A DNA stretch of 64,000 bases, taken from Candidatus Krumholzibacteriia bacterium (GTDB lineage Bacteria > Krumholzibacteriota > Krumholzibacteriia > JAJRXK01). Below the pieces are notes generated by a model. That model was not told the DNA's origin. It did not search any database and saw nothing but the letters and a program-made list of their open reading frames with translations. The position numbers and the translations under genes are program-made. The DNA lies in the NCBI GenBank assembly GCA_041484665.1, contig JBGPIA010000001.1, positions 995,582 through 1,059,581 on the forward strand. The letters run 5' to 3'. Shown piece after piece: positions 45,748 through 55,352 of the stretch (position 1 is the stretch's first letter; the number at the start of each line of letters is the position of its first letter).

Positions 45748-47631
45748 CTACTTCAGCAGCTTCTCCATCTCGTCCATGATGGAGTTCATCTCCGTCATGG
45801 CCGCGCCGAACGGCGCTGGAGTGGTCATGTCCACGCCGGCACCCTTGAGCAGGTCGATCGGGTACTTTGACGAGCCCGACGACAGCATGCCGAGATAGGC
45901 GTCGCGCGCCTTGGTCAGGGGCGGCTTGGCAGACTGCTCGGCGCGGATCGCGGCCGCGATGGAGTTGGAGGCCACCATGCTCGTGGCGTACTGGAACACG
46001 TAGAAATTGCGGTAGAAGTGCGGGATGTACGCCCACTCCACGCCGTACAGCTCGTCGACCCCGCACACGCCCTGATCGTGCCCGTAGTACTGACGCACCA
46101 GCTCGAGATACAGCTTCGAGAGCTTCTCGCCGGTGAGCGGCTCGCCCTTCTCCGCCAACTCGTGGATCCGCATCTCGAACTCGGCGAACAGCGTCTGCCG
46201 GAAGAGTGTGGTGCGCAGCCTGTCCAGAGCAGCGCCGAGCAGGAAGAGGCGGGTGTCGCGGTCCTTGGTCTGATCCAGCATGGAGTGGAACAACAGGTTC
46301 TCGTTGCACGTCGAAGCGACCTCGGCCACGAAGGTGACGTAGTTCGACGTGATGTAGGGCTGGTGCTGGAACGAGAGGTAGGTGTGCATCGAGTGGCCAG
46401 ACTCGTGGGCCAGCGTCGAGACCTCATCGTAGATTCCGGTGAAGTTCAGGAGCTGGTAGGGGTGCACGCCGTAGACGCCGGTGCTGTACGCGCCGGAGCG
46501 TTTGCCGGTGGTGGGCATGAAGTCCACCCAGTGGCTGTCGAATCCCTTCTTGAGCGTGGCGACGTACTCATTGCCCAGCGGGGCAACCGCCTTGAGCGTG
46601 ATGTCCATGGCCTGCTCGGCGGTATAGCGCAGATCGACCGCCTTCACGATCGGCGCGTACAGATCCTCGTAGCGCAGGTGATCGACGCCCATCATGCGCT
46701 GGCGCAGCTTCAGGTAGCGGTGCAGCGTCGGGAGATTGGCGTGCACGTCCGCGATCAGCTGCTTGTACACGCTGACCGGCACGTTGGACTGGAACAGCGC
46801 GTTCTCGAGCGAGCTGTCGAACTTGTGCACCTTGCAGTCGAAGATATGACCCTGGACGTGCTCGTTGAGCATCGCGCCAAAGGTGCCCTCGAAGACTTTG
46901 TAGGCTCCGAACAACGCCTTGAAGACCTTGTCACGGTCCTCGCGGTTGGTGGCGGCGCGGTATTGGGTGTACGCCGCGTTGTCGAGGCGGACCTTCTGCC
47001 CGTCGGCGAGCGTCAGCTCGGGGTACGGCAGCTCCGCTTCCCGGAACACGCCCGCGATGGTCCCACCGGCGTCGGCCAGGTTGCCGGCCTCGGCAACGAT
47101 CCTCTCCTGCGCCGGGTCGAGCGTGTGCGCCTCCGCACGGAGGACATCGTCGAGCCATGGCTTGTAGGGAGCCAGCTTCGGCTCGGCGGCGATGAACTCC
47201 TTCACCTTGGCCGAGCCCAGCCCGAGGATCTCGGGCTGCAGGTACGATACCGCCGCGCCCAGGTCCACGGTTACCTGCTGTGCGGCCTGCGCCATCTCCC
47301 GGCCCTTGTTGTCCCGCGTGTCCTCGTCCTGTCGCATGCTGGCGTACACCGACATGCGGTCGAGCTGCAGGCGCGCCTCCGTGATGGTCGAGATCACCGA
47401 ATAGAACGCCGCCGCCGATTGGCCAAGCTGGCCCTGGAGCTTCGCCAGGGCCGGAATCTTCTTGGCGATCTCGTCCTTGGCGGCCGCCCACGCGCCGTCG
47501 GTCGGGTAGATATCGGTCAGATTCCACTTGTACTGCTCGGGGATGCTGGCGCGCTCGGCGGCGCCGACCGCGCCGGCGGCGAACGAGCCGGCGGCGAGCA
47601 GCAGCACGAGAGCGGTCAGTGCTCTGCGCAT
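45748..47631 (-). CDS. pepF: Oligoendopeptidase F (M3B) with signal peptide
   Basis: YKWNLTDIY, GKRSGAYS, TLAHESGHSMH, FVAEVAST and WAYIPHFY. Confidence 0.94.
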   Translation of the reverse strand: MRRALTALVLLLAAGSFAAGAVGAAERASIPEQYKWNLTDIYPTDGAWAAAKDEIAKKIPALAKLQGQLGQSAAAFYSVISTITEARLQLDRMSVYASMRQDEDTRDNKGREMAQAAQQVTVDLGAAVSYLQPEILGLGSAKVKEFIAAEPKLAPYKPWLDDVLRAEAHTLDPAQERIVAEAGNLADAGGTIAGVFREAELPYPELTLADGQKVRLDNAAYTQYRAATNREDRDKVFKALFGAYKVFEGTFGAMLNEHVQGHIFDCKVHKFDSSLENALFQSNVPVSVYKQLIADVHANLPTLHRYLKLRQRMMGVDHLRYEDLYAPIVKAVDLRYTAEQAMDITLKAVAPLGNEYVATLKKGFDSHWVDFMPTTGKRSGAYSTGVYGVHPYQLLNFTGIYDEVSTLAHESGHSMHTYLSFQHQPYITSNYVTFVAEVASTCNENLLFHSMLDQTKDRDTRLFLLGAALDRLRTTLFRQTLFAEFEMRIHELAEKGEPLTGEKLSKLYLELVRQYYGHDQGVCGVDELYGVEWAYIPHFYRNFYVFQYATSMVASNSIAAAIRAEQSAKPPLTKARDAYLGMLSSGSSKYPIDLLKGAGVDMTTPAPFGAAMTEMNSIMDEMEKLLK

Positions 47632-47972
47632 GTCGTCCTTCCTTGCTGGAGCCCGTGTACGACGGGCCGCGGGGCCCACAGGGCCATTGGGTGGGGACTG
47701 CGGGCGGGGATGCTACCACGAACCAAGCCGGCCCGTCCTGCCGGAAGGGTACGGGCCCGTGCTGCTCTGTTTGTGTGATCGAGAAGTGCGGAGCCGGCGC
47801 GCCCCGGGATGCGCGCGGGTGCCGCCGCCCGGGGGCCCGGCCCAACCGGCGGCATTTCCCTTCCCGGACGCGCCAGCCTGGATCGATACTCCAGCAGGGC
47901 GCGCCCGGGGCGGCAAGCCGCCGCGTCCGGCCGCCGCGCGCCGCAAGGACGGCCCCCCAGGAGGAGAGCACG

Positions 47973-49121
47973 ATGAAGAAGCACCGTACGCGGGACCTCG
48001 GCAGACGGGCGATCGGCGCGCCTGCGCTGCTTGCCTTTGCGCTCACCGGGCTGGCAGTCGCGGGGCTTGCGCTCGCGCTGCCCGCGGGGGTTAGCGCCGG
48101 CACGCCGGCCGACGCTCCCGCCGCCACCACGACCGGCACCGCGGCCGACGCGCCGCCCTACAAGCTGGCCACCCGCATCTCCCCCGGCGGCGACGGCGGT
48201 TGGGACGCTCTGACGCTGGATGCCGCCGCGCACCGGCTGTTCGTCACGCGCAGCACGCGCGTACAGGTCGTGGACCTCGAGCACGGGACACTGCTCGGCG
48301 AGATCCCGGATACGCCGGGCGTGCACGGCGTGGCGCTCGTGCCCGCGATCGGCCGTGGGTTCACGAGCAACGGACGCGACTCCTCGGTGACCGTCTTCGA
48401 TCTCAAGACGCTCGCCACGCTCTCCAAGGTGAAGCTGGCAGCGCGCAACCCGGATGCGATCGAGTACGACGCCTTCTCGGGCCGCGTCTTCACGTTCAAC
48501 GGCGGCAGCGCCAGCGCGACCGCCATCGAGGCGGCGACCGGCAAGGTGGTGGGCACCGTAGCCCTCGATGGCAAGCCCGAGTTCGCCGTGGCCGATGGCA
48601 AGGGCCAGATGTTCGTCAACCTGGAGGATCGCAGCATGGTGGCGTGCTTCGATACGCGCACCCTCGAGGTGAAATCACGGTGGCCGCTGGAGCCTGGGGA
48701 GGGGCCTTCCGGCATCGCCCTCGACCGCGAGCACCGGCGGCTGTTCTCTGCCTGTGACAACCAGAAGCTGATCGTGCTGGACGCCGACTCGGGCAAGCGG
48801 ATCGCCGACCTCCCCATCGGCGCCCGTGTAGACGGCGCAGCGTTCGATGCGGGGCTGCGGCTGGCGCTCACCTCCAACGGCGATGGCACCCTCAGCGTGA
48901 TCCGCGAGGATTCGCCCGACCGCTTCACGAAGCTCGGCGACGTGCCCACCCAGCGCGGCGCGCGCACGCTTACGCTGGATGAAGTGACGCATCGCGTCTA
49001 CACCGTGACCGCGCAGTTCGGGGAGACGCCCGCTCCCACGGTGGAGCAGCCGCGTCCACGGCCACCTGTGGTGCCCGGGACATTCGTGATCCTGGTGCTG
49101 GAGGCCGCCGCGCTGCAGTGA
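47973..49121 (+). CDS. YncE-like (YVTN) beta-propeller exported protein
   Basis: GGDGGWDAL, GVHGVA, NPDAI, GKPEFAV and TQRGARTL; AGGAGG RBS; signal peptide. Confidence 0.85.
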   Translation: MKKHRTRDLGRRAIGAPALLAFALTGLAVAGLALALPAGVSAGTPADAPAATTTGTAADAPPYKLATRISPGGDGGWDALTLDAAAHRLFVTRSTRVQVVDLEHGTLLGEIPDTPGVHGVALVPAIGRGFTSNGRDSSVTVFDLKTLATLSKVKLAARNPDAIEYDAFSGRVFTFNGGSASATAIEAATGKVVGTVALDGKPEFAVADGKGQMFVNLEDRSMVACFDTRTLEVKSRWPLEPGEGPSGIALDREHRRLFSACDNQKLIVLDADSGKRIADLPIGARVDGAAFDAGLRLALTSNGDGTLSVIREDSPDRFTKLGDVPTQRGARTLTLDEVTHRVYTVTAQFGETPAPTVEQPRPRPPVVPGTFVILVLEAAALQ

Positions 49122-49151
49122 GGGCGCAGCGGCCGTCCCGCCTGCATCGAG

Positions 49152-50225
49152 CTAGTGGAAGTGGCCCAGCCCATCCAGCGTCGAGCGCATCCAGAGGTCA
49201 TATGCGTCCGGCGGCAGCAGCTGCAGGCCGCTCATCTCGTACTGACCGCGCTGGGGGTCGTACTGCTCGAACCACCCTTGCGGAAACTCGTACACCGTCC
49301 CGGTTGCGGGATCGTAGACCCGCTCGACGTCCCGAAATGCATCGGTGCGCTGCTCGGCCATGATGTCCTGCGTGTGCGTCCGCTGTTGCCACCCCTCGAA
49401 GATGATGTCCGACGCCTCGCTCAGCGTCCGGCCGGCGGCGGCGATCGCTCCCCAGATCTGCTGCTGCTGGGTCAGGCAGCCGGTGACGTAGGCCTGCGTG
49501 ATCGTGAAACTATTGAGGGACTCGATCAGGCTGGCCACGGCACCCGCGAACGCGGCCTTGGGAGCCGTCACGCCGCAGATGATGTTCCCGTAGGCATTGC
49601 CGCAGCCGGGCGATCCGTCGTACGGCCACCAGGGTTTGACGGTCGCCAGGAACATCCCCTCGCCGACTGCACCATCGAGCGTGAACAGACCCCGAGCGTT
49701 GCCCGTCGCCGCGCCGGGAAGCATGGCGGCCTGGGAGGCTGACGCCACCAGGGTCAAGTCTTGTAGATGCGGAAAGTCCGCCATGAACGCGTCGGCGGCG
49801 GCCATTGCGGCGATCTGGGGCCAGCCGGCGATGTAGTTCTCCGGCGTGAGCGGATCCACCACGGGGGCGTCCAACCACGGAATGGCGAACCCCCCTGCCC
49901 GGACGTACGCTTCGTCGATGCTCTTCTGCGCCTGGCTCATGTAGACAGGCCCGACCGTCCCGAAGTAGAAAATCTGCCACAGCGGATCCTGTGGGTTGCG
50001 GATCAGGAACGCGAAGTCACTGCAGCGGCCCGCCGTAACGACGGTCCAGCCGCGTGGCTTGTCGATGGAGAAGAAACCGGCGTCGAATCGCTCCAGCTGC
50101 AGGGATCCGACCGGTCCGGGCCCGCTACCGCCCCGACCGCCTCCCCCGCCGCCACACCCTGCGGCGAGCAACAGGCAGCCGGCCACGGTCGCGATCCGGC
50201 GAGACCAGAAGTTCCTCCGTCCCAT
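49152..50225 (-). CDS. Hypothetical lipoprotein (possibly Tat-exported)
   Basis: MGRRNFW...LAAGC followed by a Gly linker; AAAGGAG RBS; GC3-biased coding pattern. Confidence 0.75.
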   Translation of the reverse strand: MGRRNFWSRRIATVAGCLLLAAGCGGGGGGRGGSGPGPVGSLQLERFDAGFFSIDKPRGWTVVTAGRCSDFAFLIRNPQDPLWQIFYFGTVGPVYMSQAQKSIDEAYVRAGGFAIPWLDAPVVDPLTPENYIAGWPQIAAMAAADAFMADFPHLQDLTLVASASQAAMLPGAATGNARGLFTLDGAVGEGMFLATVKPWWPYDGSPGCGNAYGNIICGVTAPKAAFAGAVASLIESLNSFTITQAYVTGCLTQQQQIWGAIAAAGRTLSEASDIIFEGWQQRTHTQDIMAEQRTDAFRDVERVYDPATGTVYEFPQGWFEQYDPQRGQYEMSGLQLLPPDAYDLWMRSTLDGLGHFH

Positions 50226-50497
50226 GACGCTCTCCTTTCGCACGGCAAAGCAGCGCGAGCCGTGCCGCGATTGCTGTACGAGCGTCGCGCCTCAAGTGTC
50301 GCGCCGGCGCGCGCGGCTCCGTCAAGTCTGCTTATGTGAGCCCAGTGGACACGGCCCTGGCGGGACGGCATAATGATCTCGCGTCCGGCCGCTGCCCGCC
50401 TACCCACCGCAGCGGGCGCTCCCCCGGCGGGGCCAATCGCGGGGACGCCGCGGGGATGCCGCGCGGGCGCTCTTCACCAATCTCCGGGGGTTCCTCC

Positions 50498-51493
50498 ATG
50501 CTCCGCAGCCACTGCACCCCACTGCTACCCTTCCGCGCCACGCGCCGGGTCAAAGCGCTGCGCCGCCGGCGCAGCGGGCGCAGCCCGCGCACAGCGCGGC
50601 TGCTCGGCCTGCTGCTGCCATGCCTCGTACTAGGGGTTTTGCAGCAGCGCGCGCTCGCGCACGACGCTCCGCCGGCGGCGCCGCTGTTGGATCACGTCAT
50701 CGTCGTGATCATGGAGAATCACAGCTACGACCAGGTGCGCTCCAGCCCCTACATCGCCAGCCTGATGGCGGCAGGCGCGACGTTCTCAAGCTCCTACGGC
50801 GTGACCCACCCGTCGCAGCCCAACTACCTGGCGCTGTGGGCGGGCAGCACGATGTCCGTGACCAACGACAACTGCCCAGCACCCGGGTCTCCCTACACCT
50901 CCGAGAATCTCGGGCACGCCTGCGAGGCCGCTGGCGTCAGCTGGCGGGCCTATTCGGAGGATTTGCCGTCCGCCGGAAGTCCCGTGTGCACCGCCAATGG
51001 CTCACTTTACGCCCGCAAGCACGAGCCCTGGACCAATTGGTCGAACCTCAGTCACGTGAACGAGCGACGCTACGCCGACCTGGCCGTCGACATCGCCAGC
51101 GGCAGCTTGCCCCGGCTGGCGTTCGTGGTCCCCAATCAGTGCAACGACATGCACAATTGCCCGGTGTCCACCGGCGACGCGTGGCTGTCCAACAACGTGC
51201 CGGCCATGCTGCAAGCGGTCGGACCGCACGGCATGGTCGTGCTTACATGGGACGAGGACGACAATTCCTCTGCCAACCACATCCTCACGGTGTTCGTCGG
51301 CAATCCAGTGCTCCCCAACCACGTCTCGTCGCAGACGATCAATCACTACACGTTGCTGCGCTGCCTGTGCGAGACGCTGGGGCTCACCCCGTTCGGCGCC
51401 GCCGCAGCGCAGAGCTCGATTCTCGACGTGTGGTCGGCAGCGATCCCGGCACGGTCGGTCTCCTGGGGCGCCGTGAAGACGCTGTACCGGTGA
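50498..51493 (+). CDS. Phosphoesterase / acid phosphatase (alkaline-phosphatase superfamily)
   Basis: DHVIVVIMENHSY, THPSQPNYLAL, YARKHEPW, PNQCNDMH and TWDED; ends SWGAVKTLYR. Start uncertain. Confidence 0.88.
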   Translation: MLRSHCTPLLPFRATRRVKALRRRRSGRSPRTARLLGLLLPCLVLGVLQQRALAHDAPPAAPLLDHVIVVIMENHSYDQVRSSPYIASLMAAGATFSSSYGVTHPSQPNYLALWAGSTMSVTNDNCPAPGSPYTSENLGHACEAAGVSWRAYSEDLPSAGSPVCTANGSLYARKHEPWTNWSNLSHVNERRYADLAVDIASGSLPRLAFVVPNQCNDMHNCPVSTGDAWLSNNVPAMLQAVGPHGMVVLTWDEDDNSSANHILTVFVGNPVLPNHVSSQTINHYTLLRCLCETLGLTPFGAAAAQSSILDVWSAAIPARSVSWGAVKTLYR

Positions 51494-53598
51494 ATTGGGT
51501 CGGTCCCGCCGCGCCGCCGAGCCCCGCGCTCTCGCGGCGCAGGCGGCTGGCATTCCACATCACCGCCCTGCTCTTGCCCTTCGCGGTGTTCGGCCTGGGC
51601 GAGGCCGTGTGCCGTCTGTGCGGCTTCGGCGTATATCCGCACGTCCTCCAGCGTGTGGCGACCGATGGCAACCGCGTCTGGTACGGCACCAATCGGCAGG
51701 GAACGGACACCTTCTTCGACATCCGGCGTTCCGTAGGCGGCGGCATGCGCGAGCTCCAGTTCATCACGCCCAAGCCGCCCAACACCGTGCGCATCGTCTT
51801 GCTCGGGGAGTCGGCAATCCAGGGTTTCCCGCAGCCGTTGCCGCTGACCAACGGCTCGTTTCTGGAGGCGATGCTGCGCGACCTGTGGGGCGGCAAGCGC
51901 CAGGTGGAAGTGCTGAATCTCGGCGCGACAGCCGTGGGGAGCTTCCCGGTCACCTGCTTCCTCGATGAGGTCCTGCAGCACGAGCCCGACCTCGTCGTCA
52001 TCATGACCGGCAGCAACGAGTTCTACGGTGCCTACGGGGTGGTCTCCTTGCGCGGCCTGGGTAGGACTCCGGCGGGCATGCGGGCGACCCGCTGGATACG
52101 CAAGCTGGGCCTCACGCAGTGGCTCGACACGGTCCTGCGTCCAACGTCTGCTCAGCGCGGAACGCTCATGGAGCGCCTCGCGGTGGATCGGCAGATCGGT
52201 CGTGACGATCCGTTGCGACGGGCTGCGGCAACCAGCCTGCGCGCACACTTGACAGCGATGGTCCGCCGCTGCACCTCCCGTCGCGTGCCCGTGATCGTCT
52301 GCACCGTGCCAACCAACGAGCGCGGGCTGGCTCCCATCGGAGTGGACGTAGAGCCGGCGCTGCCGCCCGGGACGCGCAGCGTATTCCACGACAGGCTGGC
52401 CTCCGCCGAGCAAGCGCTGACGGCGAACCCCGGGGACACCGCGCAGCTCGCCCGCGAGTCGCTGCGGCTCTGGGATCAAAGCGCGCGCGCGCATTTCATC
52501 TTGGGCCAGGCGCTGACCGAATTGGGCGTGCATGCGGAGGCCCGCGACGAGTACGTGAAGGCCCGCGATCTCGACACGATGCCGTGGCGCGCCACGAGCG
52601 CCGCCCAGGAGATCGCACACGCTGCGGCAGCGGCGGCGGCCAACGCAGGCGCGGTGCTGTGCGACATGGAGGCTGCCTTCCGCGCCGCCAGCCCTGGTGG
52701 AGCGATCGGGTGGGAGCTCATGGACGACCACGTCCACATGTCGCTGCGCGGTCAGGCCCTGTTCGCGAGCACGATCGCGAGCACCCTCACGTCCATGCCC
52801 GAGCCGCTCCACGTGGAACGCGGCGATCTCGATGGGCTGGCGGGCTGGGACAGCTACGCACAACGCCTCGGCCACAGCGTGTACAGCGATTACCTCGCCG
52901 CGACGCATCTGCGCACGCTGTTCGACATTCCCTTCATGAGACGGGGCAATCCGGCGGCGCTCGAGCGTTACGATGGGCTGTGCCGGAGCTTGATTGCCGG
53001 CATGAGCCAAATCGACAGCACCGCGGTGGAGCGCTGGCACGATCCCACGCTCCATGGCGCCACGGAGCGTCCGGTGGAGTTCGTGGTGGGCCTCTACCGC
53101 ATGGCGGCCGGGGACTACGCGGCGGCCGCCCCACTGTTCCAGGTTGCGCAGATGTCCGTTCCCGTCCTCTCGCTGTGGAGCCTGGAGCTGACCTGGCGGC
53201 AGCTCACGTGCAATCGCCATCTCCATGAGGAGCCCACGCCGCAGGACGGCCAGCTCGCCCAGCAGGCCATCCGGATCGGCGATCTCCTTGCGCGCAACAA
53301 TGGCGCCGGGAACCCGCAGCTGCTCCGGTACCTGGGCCTGGCCTACAACCTGGTGGGGGACCATGCGTCCGCGATCGCGTGTCTGGAGAAGGTCGTGCGC
53401 ACCGAGAGCGGCGGGGAAGGATGGGAGGTCGTTGCGGCACTCGCGGATTCGTACCAGCAACTCGGTCAGACGGATGCCGCACGAGGCGTTCTGAGCCGCG
53501 CCACGCAGGATCCGGCCATGGCGACGGCGGCGCAGCAGATGCTGCAGCGGATCGAGGGCGGGGGCACGACCGCGGGCGGAGATTCTGGCCGTCGTTGA
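51490..53598 (+). CDS. Membrane-anchored SGNH-hydrolase-like protein with TPR repeats
   Basis: KPPNTVRIVLLGES, VEVLNLG, PDLVVIMTGSNEFYG and DDHVH; TPR-like segments; GTGA overlap. Confidence 0.8.
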   Translation: MNWVGPAAPPSPALSRRRRLAFHITALLLPFAVFGLGEAVCRLCGFGVYPHVLQRVATDGNRVWYGTNRQGTDTFFDIRRSVGGGMRELQFITPKPPNTVRIVLLGESAIQGFPQPLPLTNGSFLEAMLRDLWGGKRQVEVLNLGATAVGSFPVTCFLDEVLQHEPDLVVIMTGSNEFYGAYGVVSLRGLGRTPAGMRATRWIRKLGLTQWLDTVLRPTSAQRGTLMERLAVDRQIGRDDPLRRAAATSLRAHLTAMVRRCTSRRVPVIVCTVPTNERGLAPIGVDVEPALPPGTRSVFHDRLASAEQALTANPGDTAQLARESLRLWDQSARAHFILGQALTELGVHAEARDEYVKARDLDTMPWRATSAAQEIAHAAAAAAANAGAVLCDMEAAFRAASPGGAIGWELMDDHVHMSLRGQALFASTIASTLTSMPEPLHVERGDLDGLAGWDSYAQRLGHSVYSDYLAATHLRTLFDIPFMRRGNPAALERYDGLCRSLIAGMSQIDSTAVERWHDPTLHGATERPVEFVVGLYRMAAGDYAAAAPLFQVAQMSVPVLSLWSLELTWRQLTCNRHLHEEPTPQDGQLAQQAIRIGDLLARNNGAGNPQLLRYLGLAYNLVGDHASAIACLEKVVRTESGGEGWEVVAALADSYQQLGQTDAARGVLSRATQDPAMATAAQQMLQRIEGGGTTAGGDSGRR

Positions 53599-53659
53599 GG
53601 AGTGCCGGCGTGCGCTGGGCTTGGGTGTCAGCCAGCGCTGCGAGGTTTCGCAGGACCGA

Positions 53660-55201
53660 TCAGCGCCCTGTTTCGGCGTACGGCGCGTGGTTGATCGCGA
53701 TGCGGTCGATCTTCAGGCTCAGCGGAGTTCGCAAGTCCGGGCCGCCGTAGACGAAGTCGTCGGTTTGCAGCCGAACGTTCAGGAACTCGCGCCCCTGCAA
53801 CGCCGCGGGCAGCGTTTGCTCGACCACGAACGGCGCTCCCGGCCGGTACGCGACACGCTGCACCTCGAGCTCCTCCACGCAGACGGTCACGGTGGCGTGG
53901 GCCAGGGCAGGCTCGTCGAGGAAGACGCCGTCGATGCGCAGCCGATCGCCCCCGGCCCGGGCCAGGATCACCGACAGATAGGGGCCAGCTCCGTCGCGGA
54001 ACAGTCCACCGTGGATCTGCGCGGCGGTGGTGGGGTCGAGCGCATTGGTCACGATGGCGTTCACCAGGCGCGGCCGCTCCGCGCCGGCCAGGGCCCGGCG
54101 GCGATCGCGCAGCTCGTTCTCTGCCTGCGCTGTCCAACGGTAGAGCAGCGCCTCGGACTCCTCCCAGGCGTCCAGCTTCAGCGCGCCCACCAGATTGCGG
54201 CTGCGCACGATTCCGTAGAGGTAGGTCGCGACCGCTTCGTGGCCCGCCTGATTCCAGTGGCCGTCGTTGGGGCCCAGCCGCAGGCGCAGATCCTTGAACA
54301 GCGCGAAGGGCAGCATGGCCACCTGGTCGGGGCGCAGCGAAGCGGTCAGACGTTCCAGACCGATCGGTTGCATCCCCATCCAGTTCAGCACCAGCACGTA
54401 CCGCCCGCCGTTGCCCTCGACGGCAGCGGCAAGGTTGGCGATGGCCGCAGCCGCTTGCGCGTACCGGGTGCGGCTCTCGTGATCGAGGGCGCTGATGAGG
54501 TAGTTCTGGGTCGAGATCCCCAGGTAGAGCGCGGGGTAATCGCGCCCGAGCACGACGCCTGCCCGCGACGCTTGCTGCGGTGATGCGCTGGCCATGGCCC
54601 CAAAGCCGCGCACGCCCGCGAGATCGTCCAGGTCGTTGGGCACGACGACATGGAACACCACATCAGGCTGCAGCAAGGAGAGCTGCCTGCGCACGTAGTT
54701 GGTCTCGGCCAGGATGTTCCAGCTGGGGATCCCCAGGTGCAGGCATTCGATGGCTTGGGCGATGCCCCTCGCCCGTTGCCGCAGCGCGCGCTCGAGGAAC
54801 GCCCCGGCGCGGCCGTCGGGGGCGACCCCCGGGCCGTACACGTACGAGTCGCCCAGCAACACGATGCGGACCGTGTCCTTGGGCTTCGGCAGCACGTAGG
54901 GGCGCTCGCGCAGGCCCCATTCGTTGGAGCTGAGCACTCCGCCCGGCACCGATCGGTCGTGCATCGAGGGCTCCAACAGCCGCCCCACCATGGGATCGGG
55001 AAAGCTGTCGAAGACCCCCTGGCTCTGGGCCACCAGCTCGTCCACCACCGCCTGCTTTACGGCCGGATCCGCCAGCGCGGTGTTCGTCGGAAGGGCGGCC
55101 CGCAGACCGCGGCGCAGGACGAGACCCAGGCCCAGCGCGAGTCCCACGCAGAGAATGCCCAGACTCAGGGCGAGGCGATTGGCGTTCGTGGTGGAGAGCA
55201 C
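53660..55201 (-). CDS. Membrane-anchored SGNH/GDSL-like protein
   Basis: NEWGLRE, RIVLLGDSYVYG, QPDVV...ND and DGHWNQAGH. Confidence 0.8.
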   Translation of the reverse strand: MLSTTNANRLALSLGILCVGLALGLGLVLRRGLRAALPTNTALADPAVKQAVVDELVAQSQGVFDSFPDPMVGRLLEPSMHDRSVPGGVLSSNEWGLRERPYVLPKPKDTVRIVLLGDSYVYGPGVAPDGRAGAFLERALRQRARGIAQAIECLHLGIPSWNILAETNYVRRQLSLLQPDVVFHVVVPNDLDDLAGVRGFGAMASASPQQASRAGVVLGRDYPALYLGISTQNYLISALDHESRTRYAQAAAAIANLAAAVEGNGGRYVLVLNWMGMQPIGLERLTASLRPDQVAMLPFALFKDLRLRLGPNDGHWNQAGHEAVATYLYGIVRSRNLVGALKLDAWEESEALLYRWTAQAENELRDRRRALAGAERPRLVNAIVTNALDPTTAAQIHGGLFRDGAGPYLSVILARAGGDRLRIDGVFLDEPALAHATVTVCVEELEVQRVAYRPGAPFVVEQTLPAALQGREFLNVRLQTDDFVYGGPDLRTPLSLKIDRIAINHAPYAETGR

Positions 55202-55352
55202 AGATGCCGTACGTGGGGAGGACGGGCTTGGTTGTCCAAGCCCGGGGCGTCAATATAGTCACTGGGTCGGCCGCAAGGCCAGGGCGGTCTGGCGATGCGA
55301 CGCGCGCGTTCGAGCGCAACTCGATTCTCGACATTGGCTTGCGCTTGCTCGC

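Noticed and set aside
43100..46309. 1069-aa ORF as a giant permease fusion
   Set aside because: The portion upstream of 44410 is an off-frame overlay of the macA-like and pepF genes; homology starts at MVDFASV.
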